Source: Cytophagales bacterium UBA2561 (GTDB lineage Bacteria > Bacteroidota > Bacteroidia > Cytophagales > Thermoflexibacteraceae). Taken from it: a stretch of 64,000 nt of DNA. Shown one piece after another: positions 42,109 through 49,555 of this stretch. Numbering within the stretch: the stretch's first letter is position 1; each line of letters opens with the position of its first letter. The stretch is taken from assembly GCA_002340355.1 (NCBI GenBank), contig DDLX01000042.1, positions 7,414 through 71,413 of the forward strand, read 5' to 3'. The notes under the pieces were generated by a model. It had not been told where the DNA came from and ran no database searches. It was given only the letters and a program-made list of their open reading frames with translations. A program made the position numbers and the translations under genes.

Positions 42109-42429
42109 TTAAGGAAATTTTCGATAAATATCCTTTCGGTGTAAAAAGCGTTTGAGAGAGAAAAAGCGATTATCTTCTGTTTCATTTTCGGTTTCTTCCT
42201 CTTCTTCGATTAATGCTCCGATTCGATAACTTTGTCCGACTTTAATCCGATAAGCATTTTCTGAACCTTCCATTTTTAGCATTTCTTTAATATCGGGAAC
42301 TTCTTCAGATTCAGTATTTTGAACAGCCTCTTGAATTTCGTCCAATTTTGCTTTCAAACGTTTGTTTAGGTTTTTGTCTTTCACCTTTTTGATGTCTTTT
42401 ATAAAACTTCGGCAAATGTCCAATTTCAT
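42109..42429 (-). CDS. RelE/ParE-family type II toxin
   Basis: 106 aa. YRIKVGQSYRIGALI ... LHRKDIYRKF matches the RelE/ParE core. The start lies 2 nt after the stop of the upstream small ORF. Confidence 0.6.
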   Translation of the reverse strand: MKLDICRSFIKDIKKVKDKNLNKRLKAKLDEIQEAVQNTESEEVPDIKEMLKMEGSENAYRIKVGQSYRIGALIEEEEETENETEDNRFFSLKRFLHRKDIYRKFP

Positions 42430-42431
42430 AA

Positions 42432-42647
42432 TTATTCTTGATCTAAAATGGCGTAAACTTCTTCTATATCAACAGATTCATTGTCTTCTCCTTCAACTTC
42501 TGCCATTGCGTTTTTCATGCCTTCGTTTTCAAAAACATCAATGATGATTTCTTTGACGGCTTCATAAAATACTTCCCGATTTTCAGCCATTAACTCCAAT
42601 AAAACTGATTTGATGACGCTTTTTAAATTATCTTCTGAGATTTCCAT
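42432..42647 (-). CDS. putative cognate antitoxin
   Basis: 71-aa acidic protein immediately upstream of, and codirectional with, the toxin. Confidence 0.5.
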   Translation of the reverse strand: MEISEDNLKSVIKSVLLELMAENREVFYEAVKEIIIDVFENEGMKNAMAEVEGEDNESVDIEEVYAILDQE

Positions 42648-42692
42648 GCGTTTCGATTTTTTGAAATTTAGAATACAAATTTAATCCTTTCC

Positions 42693-42863
42693 TCCTTGAT
42701 TATCAAATCAATATTATCGAAAAACAAACACTGACGCAAGGTTTTTATCTTGTGTCGATAATTTCTAAAGTCTCTGACTTTACCCAAGAATGACCAATGA
42801 GATTATTTTTTATTTTTGAACTTGCAAAATAGTGATATTCAGCTTTGACAACCAATTGTTACT
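42693..42863. repeat. REPIN-like repeat unit, copy 2
   Basis: Starts TCCTTGATTATCAAA as copy 3 does. It has long identical runs with copies 1 and 3, and its distal hairpin is replaced by the left arm flanking the transposase. Confidence 0.7.
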
Positions 42864-42930
42864 TACTGGTGCAAGTCTGAACGCAGTGGAGACTTGTACC
42901 TCACATGAAAGCAAGTTTGTAACTTGCGAA
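42864..42930. repeat. left inverted REP arm flanking the RAYT gene
   Basis: TACTGGTGCAAGTCTGAACGCAGTGGAGACTTGTACCTCACATGAAAGCAAGTTTGTAACTTGCGAA. Apart from a few bases it is the reverse complement of 43551-43617. It contains two hairpins (GGTGCAAGTCT/AGACTTGTACC and GCAAGTT/AACTTGC). Confidence 0.8.
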
Positions 42931-42981
42931 GTGAGTGAAGAAGTTTAACATTGGTAATCAGGCTATCATTTTTTACTATTT

Positions 42982-43546
42982 TTGAACAAAAGTAAAGGAA
43001 TGAGTAGAAAATATAAATTTTACAATTCAGAGGGGATTTATTTTGTATCTTTTGCCACGGTAAATTGGATTGATGTTTTTACAAGGCGTTGTTATAAAGA
43101 TATTTTGGTCGATAGCTTGAGATATTGCCAAGCTCATAAGGGCTTAGAATTATATGCTTGGATGATAATGACCAATCATGTGCATCTCATTATGGGTTCA
43201 ACCAAACAAGATTTGGCAGGTCTTGTACGAGATTTGAAAAAACATACTTCTAAACAAATCATTAAAAATATGGCTGAAAACCCACAAGAAAGCAGAAAAG
43301 AATGGATGCTGTGGATGTTTGAAAGAGCAGGCAAACGCAATAAGTAATAATCAAAACTATCAATTTTGGCAACAACATAATCACCCCATCGAACTGACAA
43401 ATCCTACGATAGTAGCACAAAAATTAGCTTATCTACATCAAAATCCTGTGGAAGCTGGACTTGTTACCGAGCCAGAAGATTATTGGTATAGTAGTGCCAA
43501 AGACTATGCGGAACAAAAAGGTTTTTTAGAATTGATTTTCATCTAA
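42982..43546 (+). pseudogene. REP-associated tyrosine transposase (RAYT, IS200-like Y1 HUH), frameshifted
   Basis: The HUH motif (TNHVHLIM) is in ORF 42982-43347. The catalytic-Tyr region (AYLHQNPVEAGLV) is in ORF 43319-43546. The two frames overlap by 29 nt, which is consistent with a single-base indel near 43340. Confidence 0.75.
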
Positions 43547-43550
43547 TATA

Positions 43551-43617
43551 TTCGCAAGTTGCAAACTTGCTTTCATTTTAGGTACAAGTCTCCACTGCGT
43601 TCAGACTTGCACCAGTA
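43551..43617. repeat. right inverted REP arm flanking the RAYT gene
   Basis: TTCGCAAGTTGCAAACTTGCTTTCATTTTAGGTACAAGTCTCCACTGCGTTCAGACTTGCACCAGTA, the inverted partner of 42864-42930. Confidence 0.8.
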
Positions 43618-43645
43618 GGGGATTAGCACAAAAATACGATTTTAC

Positions 43646-43850
43646 TCCTTGATTATCAAAAAACAAACACTGGCGCAAGGCTTTTGTCTTGTGTCAATCA
43701 TTTCTAAAGTCTCTGACTTTACCCAAGAATGACCAATGAGATTGTTTTTTAATTTTTGAACTTACAAAATATTGATATTCTGCTTTGAGAACCAACTGGC
43801 AAGCCAGAGACTTGGGAAAAAGGGAGGTACAAGACAAAGCCTTGTACCAG
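43646..43850. repeat. REPIN-like repeat unit, copy 3
   Basis: Same architecture as copy 1, ending GGTACAAGACAAAGCCTTGTACCAG. Confidence 0.7.
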
Positions 43851-44010
43851 TTTTTAAGTTGCTTAGACCAGATGGGGTGAGATAAAAATCCTGCTTAACG
43901 AAGAGTACTTGAAAAAAATGGATTTCGTTGGGTCAAGACTTTACACCAAACCCCTAGTTATCCCGAAAAATTCAAGCAAGGCAGTAGAGTGGCAACTGAC
44001 TCACTGACTG

Positions 44011-44172
44011 CTTTGAACCTGTGATAATCGCCTTTTTTTGTCTTTTTTCTACCTAAAGTTGCCTCTACCTTTACCCCTGTAAAATGAAACAAAAACAAAC
44101 AATTCATTTTATAGGCGGATTCCGAAAAGCCTCATTTTAAAGAGAGTAGGGAAGATTTAAAATTTTAAAATT
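44011..44172 (+). promoter_or_regulatory. conserved promoter-plus-leader module, copy A
   Basis: It has the -7-like box TACCTTTA at 44066-44073 and CTGTAAAATGAA at 44077-44088, 96 nt before the ATG at 44173. The stem TAAAATGAA/TTCATTTTA is present. The 28-nt block CATTTTATAGGCGGATTCCGAAAAGCCT (44105-44132) is identical to copy C. Confidence 0.55.
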
Positions 44173-44889
44173 ATGCAAAGTAATGCGGATGAGCAAAAGA
44201 TTACGAAACTTCTAGCATCAGAACCACTTAGTATGACCGTTGAGGTGGCAGGAATGGGGGGCGCAGGAGGAGATATTACAGCCACTAAGGGAGATAATCT
44301 CTGGATAATCGAAGTCAAGGGTAATAATAATAAGTGGATGTCCACAAACAATCAGAAAGGTACTGGAAATGTTCCTGCGAAGCAACTATATAATAAGTTA
44401 TCTCCTACTTTGTCGAAGACGGATTTAGGTTTTATATCATCATCGCCTAGCGATGCACAAAAATTTTTTCTCAATTTACTACTGGCAACAACTGGAATAG
44501 GAGATTATAATTTCCTTTATGTGAAATATAATTCTTCGGATGAGAGCAGTAAAATAACTGGACATGGTCCGATTAACTCAACAATTATGAAAGCTGTATT
44601 TAATTCAAAAGAGCCTTCTTATGAGAAGTTAGAAGCTATGGAGAATAATGAAGTTTATAACTTCAGAAACTGGGTGATACAAAATGCAGAGGATTTTATA
44701 GATGTTGTAGGTGAGTTTACCGATAAACTGAAAAATATGTCTGCAACAGAACGAGGAAAGATTACTGCCCTTCAAAACGCTCCTCAATTAAATAAGGATG
44801 AAGAACTTGTACTTATTCCTGTATTGGACTTCAATGATTACAAGAATCAAAATGCTAAGACACTGTCAAAGCAACTCTACATGGAGTAA
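44173..44889 (+). CDS. orphan protein with an N-terminal Hjc-like PD-(D/E)xK nuclease-fold core
   Basis: DEQKITKLLASEP...VAGMGGAGGDITATKGDNLWIIEVKG parallels the archaeal resolvase Hjc core (ERELIKLLEK...[24 protein letters not shown], from memory). The D-x12-E-x-K spacing is the same. The remaining ~170 aa are unrecognised. Confidence 0.45.
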   Translation: MQSNADEQKITKLLASEPLSMTVEVAGMGGAGGDITATKGDNLWIIEVKGNNNKWMSTNNQKGTGNVPAKQLYNKLSPTLSKTDLGFISSSPSDAQKFFLNLLLATTGIGDYNFLYVKYNSSDESSKITGHGPINSTIMKAVFNSKEPSYEKLEAMENNEVYNFRNWVIQNAEDFIDVVGEFTDKLKNMSATERGKITALQNAPQLNKDEELVLIPVLDFNDYKNQNAKTLSKQLYME

Positions 44890-44989
44890 TACTAACCCGT
44901 AGTAAATTATTTTAACGATTCAATAGTCCATAAGATAAATTATTTCAATAAAACTTACGAGCTATTGAACATTTAACATATTCAATAAA

Positions 44990-45811
44990 ATGGAAAAACA
45001 GTTAAGTTTAACAGAATCAGAGGAGCAAAAAATAAATACAGCTCTTGAACATACCTATGGTCGTCAGTCAGATGTACAGGCAAAAATGGGCAAAATAACT
45101 GCCTTAGTCAAAGGAGTTGAGTTAGATACTGTGACCACAAAATATATCTCCGAGGTCCTCATAAATGGATTGTGTGGAGGTTGGGTAGAGGTATTTATGC
45201 GATATCCAGATTGGGTAGAGCCAATTTATAATGCCGTACGTTCATGGAAAAGCTCATCAACTCTCCCTACGAAAGAGATGCTTGAAGCCTTTAAAAATCA
45301 TCTGGAAAAGACGACTAAATTTAATGGTACGGAGCATCCTGTTAGGCTATTGCATGATGTGTATGATGCAATGGGGCGTTTAGAGCCAGAGGCAGGTTAT
45401 GACAGTTTACCAAAATGGACAAATCTTAAAATAGGGGGACTTCCTATTTGTCCTACATTTAACCCCAAAATTCAGCTTGTAGAAACAAAATATAATTTGA
45501 GAAATAAAAATGCTGCTCAACTTGTTTGTCAAACAATTCAACAATTAACCAAGCCCGAGGTAAAAGGGGAATGTATGGCTCATATTGAGTCCGATAGTCA
45601 TCATATGGCACTACGGGTACAAAAAATACCTAAACCCAAAAGTACAAAGCTACGCTTATTAATTACAGTAGTAGAAACTGAGAAGAAAGGCATCGTGAAA
45701 ATCAATGATTGGAAACAGGTTGAATCGATTCTGAATTCATGGCTTGCTGAAGCAGAACCTAATCTAAAGTCTATTATTGTGCGGACCAAGTCAGTTGGTT
45801 TTAAACAATAA
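44990..45811 (+). CDS. orphan protein, possible papain-fold Cys/His enzyme
   Basis: 273 aa with no signal peptide. NGLCGGWVEVF recalls the G.C......W catalytic-Cys context of YopT/C58-like peptidases, and a later SHHMALRV strand could carry the His. This is a weak, pattern-only call; the low confidence refers to function, and the ORF is probably a real gene. Confidence 0.25.
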   Translation: MEKQLSLTESEEQKINTALEHTYGRQSDVQAKMGKITALVKGVELDTVTTKYISEVLINGLCGGWVEVFMRYPDWVEPIYNAVRSWKSSSTLPTKEMLEAFKNHLEKTTKFNGTEHPVRLLHDVYDAMGRLEPEAGYDSLPKWTNLKIGGLPICPTFNPKIQLVETKYNLRNKNAAQLVCQTIQQLTKPEVKGECMAHIESDSHHMALRVQKIPKPKSTKLRLLITVVETEKKGIVKINDWKQVESILNSWLAEAEPNLKSIIVRTKSVGFKQ

Positions 45812-45832
45812 AACCGCTCTTTAAACCTGTTC

Positions 45833-45862
45833 TTTGTAGGGATAAGTGCTTGTCCCTACAAA
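45833..45862. terminator. hairpin between convergent genes
   Basis: TTTGTAGGGA-10 nt-TCCCTACAAA starts 22 nt after the stop at 45811. It is A/T-flanked on both sides. Confidence 0.4.
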
Positions 45863-46124
45863 TAATTTCAGAATTATCATAATCTTTGAAACCTCTTTTT
45901 CTACTTTTTATCCTTTTGTTGTCCTAAGTCTTTAGCTTGCGATGACTTCAAATACACAAATCTGAAGATTTGACCCATGTATGACACTTTATATTTGTCA
46001 TTCTAACGTCGAGTCTGAAGATTCGTAGCATTTTTACGACGTAGAGACGCTTCGCTAAACTCTACGCCGAACGAGGGTCTCGCAAGCTAAGACTCAGACG
46101 AACGAGGGCAACCTTAATTTACAC

Positions 46125-46583
46125 TTAGTTTGCTTGTTCTAATGGCAGAATTTCTAATATTGTATGTCCATAATGCATACCAACGGTAAGATTAATCCTA
46201 CCTTCATAAATTAAGAGTTCACATGGTCTTGCATTTAATTCTGGTGTGAGACTAACCTCTCCATTTGCAGAAATGACACCTAATATACTGTCAGTGGTAT
46301 GTTGTTCTCTCATAGTTCTAATAACGCCCATGATGGTATCATAGACCCTATGAGAGTTATTATCTTCTTTGAAGTAGAAAATAACTGTATTGGTGTCCTC
46401 ATTATATACTTGCCCTCCTTGTCTTTGTCTTTCTTGGTTTCGAGGAGCATGACGAGTTACTGAGTTAGTAGTTACTGTATAAGTAGACTGTAATTCAACA
46501 TCTTCATTCTCTTGACCCGTTCGAAATCTTGCTGGTATATTCCTCCAATTTGTACCTTCAATAGTAGGATTATTCTGTTGCAT
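46125..46583 (-). CDS. orphan hypothetical protein
   Basis: 152-aa ORF placed immediately after leader copy C. The N-terminal third is polar and disordered-looking, the C-terminal part is beta-rich, and I recognise no motif. Confidence 0.5.
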   Translation of the reverse strand: MQQNNPTIEGTNWRNIPARFRTGQENEDVELQSTYTVTTNSVTRHAPRNQERQRQGGQVYNEDTNTVIFYFKEDNNSHRVYDTIMGVIRTMREQHTTDSILGVISANGEVSLTPELNARPCELLIYEGRINLTVGMHYGHTILEILPLEQAN

Positions 46584-46746
46584 TTTAAATATTGATATAA
46601 AATTTCCCTACTCTATTTATTATCAGGCTTTTCGGAATCCGCCTATAAAATGGAGCTTGTGCGCATAATTCATTTTACAGAAGCAAAAGTAGGTGGGATA
46701 AAAAGGGGAAGAAAACCAAAAAAAGCGGGTTATCACAATTCCAAAG
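46584..46746 (-). promoter_or_regulatory. conserved promoter-plus-leader module, copy C
   Basis: On the minus strand it has the -7 box TACTTTTG, then CTGTAAAATGAA (first base 46680, 97 nt before the ATG at 46583). The 28-nt block at 46625-46652 is identical to copy A. Confidence 0.55.
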
Positions 46747-46766
46747 GAAGTTTGACAGGAAAAATA

Positions 46767-46804
46767 AAAGGCATTCGTACAGCAAAATACGAATGCCTTT
46801 TTTA
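46767..46804. terminator. bidirectional rho-independent terminator (serves purL)
   Basis: The 13-bp stem AAAGGCATTCGTA/TACGAATGCCTTT is flanked by an A-run and a T-run. It lies about 10 nt beyond the purL stop. Confidence 0.6.
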
Positions 46805-46813
46805 TAAAAATAA

Positions 46814-49042
46814 TTAATTCAAGAACTCACCCAAGGTATTATCATACAAACTTTTAGCTTCTTCCGAAGAAATGACGGTTTGTTCGTTGATGACATAATC
46901 CGAATCGGTTACTTTGCCGACCAACGTAAAATCTGCACCTTTTTCGGTCAAGAATTTTTCAAAATCAGCTTGTTTTTCAGGGGCAATCGAAACCACCGCA
47001 CGGCTTTGCGATTCGCCAAACAAAAAGGCATCTTTTCGGACTCCGCTTTTAGAAGCGTCAATGGTCTTTGCCTCAAATCCTAAACCACTTGCCAATGCCG
47101 ATTCTGCCAATGCCACAAATAAACCTCCATCCGAAATATCATGCGCCGAAGCAATCAATTTATTAGCAATTAATTCGGAGATAGTTTGCTGAAAATCAAA
47201 TTCATAATCCAAATCAAAGGCAGGCGTTGGAGAGGCTTTTACACCATGATACGAGTACAAATATTCAGACGAAGCAATGCAATTTTCAGACTTCCCGATT
47301 TGATAAATTAAATCCCCCGAATTCTTGAAGTTCAAGGTCATTTTGTTCTCCAAACCTTCCAAAAGTCCCAACATTCCAATCGTTGGCGTAGGGAAAACAG
47401 GACCTTCATCTGAACTTTGATTATAAAAACTCACATTTCCACCCGTAACTGGTGTTTTGAATTTTTCACAGCCTTTTTTCATGCCTTTGATAGCTCCGAC
47501 AAAATGCCAATAAACCTCTGGAACATAAGGATTTCCAAAGTTCAAGCAGTTGGTAATGGCGACAGGTTCACCACCCGAACAAACAATATTTCGAGCGGCT
47601 TCAGCTACGGCAATCGCTGTACCTTCTTCGGGGTCAGCATTGACATAACGAGAATTACAATCCACCGTAATGACGATGTTTTTATCTGTTCCTTTGACAT
47701 TTACAATTGCTGCATCCGAAGGCTGATTTGTTGAAGTATTTGCCGTTCCCACCATCGAATCGTATTGTTCATAAATCCAAGACCGTGAACAAATATTCGG
47801 ATTTTTCAATAAATGATTCACAATTTTTGGATAATCTGCTTCCGAAGGTTCGGTAATTTGGTCAATATTGAATTTTTTAAATTCCTGAAAATAAGCAGGC
47901 TCTTTATATTCTCGGTTATAAACTGGCGCACCACCACCCAAAACCAAATCATCAGCAGGAACATCGGCGACCAATTCATCACCTTCGTAAAAATGAAGTC
48001 GTTCGGTATCAGTAACTTCTCCAATTTGGACGCAATTTAAATCCCATTTATCAAAAATCGCTTTGGCTTCGTCCTCTTTTCCTTTCTCAACCACAATCAA
48101 CATCCGTTCTTGAGATTCAGATAATAAAATCTCAAAAGGTTTCATGTTACTTTGTCGAGTTGGTACTTTGTTAAGGTCGATTTTCATGCCGTGTGCGCCT
48201 TTAGCACTCATTTCGGAAGTGGAACAAATAATTCCTGCCGCTCCCATGTCCTGAATTCCAACTACAATTCCACTGGCAATAATTTCGAGAGATGCTTCAA
48301 GCAATAATTTTTCTTGAAAAGGGTCACCAACTTGAACTGAAGGAAGGTCATTAACTGAGTCTTCGGTAATATCTTTGGAGGCAAATGCTGCTCCATGAAT
48401 TCCGTCTTTTCCAGTCGAAGAACCGACAATAAAAACAGGATTTCCGACACCGTAAGAAGTTGCCGAAGCAGTTTTATCCGTTTCTACAATCCCAGCCGAA
48501 AACGCATTGACCAAAGGATTGATATTGTAACAATCATCAAAATAAACCTCTCCGCCCACCGTAGGAACTCCAAAGGCATTGCCATAATCACCAATTCCTT
48601 TGACCACACCACGAACTAACCATTTGGTTTTGTCAGATTCAATATTTCCAAATCGAAGGGAATTTAGTTGAGCGATTGGACGTGCGCCCATCGTGAAAAT
48701 ATCCCGATTAATTCCACCAACTCCAGTCGCCGCACCTTGATAGGGTTCAAGAGCCGAAGGGTGGTTATGTGATTCAATTTTGAAGCAACAAGCCAAGCCA
48801 TCCCCAATATCTACCAAACCCGCATTTTCTTCACCTGCCTCGGCAAGCATTCTATCGGATTCACGAGGCAAGGTTTTGAGCCAAACAATTGAGTTTTTGT
48901 AAGAACAATGTTCTGACCACATGACCGAAAAAATACTTAATTCTGTAAAATTCGGTGTTCGTCCTAAAATTTCCTTGATTTTCTCAAACTCTTCTTCGAG
49001 AAGCCCCAACTTTTGGGCGGTTTCTACGGTAGGAAGTTTCAT
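46814..49042 (-). CDS. purL: phosphoribosylformylglycinamidine synthase subunit PurL
   Basis: 742 aa with the characteristic [34 protein letters not shown] and ESQERM motifs. Confidence 0.95.
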   Translation of the reverse strand: MKLPTVETAQKLGLLEEEFEKIKEILGRTPNFTELSIFSVMWSEHCSYKNSIVWLKTLPRESDRMLAEAGEENAGLVDIGDGLACCFKIESHNHPSALEPYQGAATGVGGINRDIFTMGARPIAQLNSLRFGNIESDKTKWLVRGVVKGIGDYGNAFGVPTVGGEVYFDDCYNINPLVNAFSAGIVETDKTASATSYGVGNPVFIVGSSTGKDGIHGAAFASKDITEDSVNDLPSVQVGDPFQEKLLLEASLEIIASGIVVGIQDMGAAGIICSTSEMSAKGAHGMKIDLNKVPTRQSNMKPFEILLSESQERMLIVVEKGKEDEAKAIFDKWDLNCVQIGEVTDTERLHFYEGDELVADVPADDLVLGGGAPVYNREYKEPAYFQEFKKFNIDQITEPSEADYPKIVNHLLKNPNICSRSWIYEQYDSMVGTANTSTNQPSDAAIVNVKGTDKNIVITVDCNSRYVNADPEEGTAIAVAEAARNIVCSGGEPVAITNCLNFGNPYVPEVYWHFVGAIKGMKKGCEKFKTPVTGGNVSFYNQSSDEGPVFPTPTIGMLGLLEGLENKMTLNFKNSGDLIYQIGKSENCIASSEYLYSYHGVKASPTPAFDLDYEFDFQQTISELIANKLIASAHDISDGGLFVALAESALASGLGFEAKTIDASKSGVRKDAFLFGESQSRAVVSIAPEKQADFEKFLTEKGADFTLVGKVTDSDYVINEQTVISSEEAKSLYDNTLGEFLN

Positions 49043-49225
49043 ATTTTATATGATTAAGCGATTTCGTTACAAGTCCATTAAAAGAACGAAGGTCGGAAAT
49101 TAGAAGGAATTTTTTGGCGATTTCTCTAAGGATAGATATTATCACAATCTAATTAACTTATTAGGTCTCTCAAAAATATCCTAATTTTTACTTTTTAGAA
49201 AATAGAAGTATTTAGGGTTAATTGA

Positions 49226-49513
49226 TTAAATCCTTAGGCTAACTCCTTCAATTTTAGCAGCTTCCTTATAAATCCGAATGATATCCAAGGAGGAAATCAT
49301 TACTGTTTGAATTTTTAATATTTTAGTTTCATTCCTATCCTGAGTAGAAATCAAAACCGTTGGGTCAAATAATGACTTAATTTGAGTTATTTTTTCTTCT
49401 TGCTCACCTAGCGCAACCATTAATTCAAATACATAAATCGAAGGAAATACGTAATCTTTTTCGAGTTGCTCTCTCAATTTTCGATAAAAAAGAGCTTTTT
49501 CTTTTTCTGTCAT
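49226..49513 (-). CDS. small conserved protein, DUF493/YbeD-like
   Basis: 95 aa. The N-terminal helix plus FPSIYVFELMV resembles the FP..Y.FKFIV pattern of Bacteroidota DUF493 proteins as I recall them. Confidence 0.4.
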   Translation of the reverse strand: MTEKEKALFYRKLREQLEKDYVFPSIYVFELMVALGEQEEKITQIKSLFDPTVLISTQDRNETKILKIQTVMISSLDIIRIYKEAAKIEGVSLRI

Positions 49514-49555
49514 TTTAAATCTAAAAATAGTATTTTTCGAATAAATTAGTTTGCC

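Noticed and set aside
44066-44073. The sequence around the leader -7 box, considered as a sigma-54 (GG-N10-GC) promoter.
   Set aside because: The -24 GG element is absent in all three copies. The TAnnTTT(G/A) box typical of Bacteroidota housekeeping promoters fits better.
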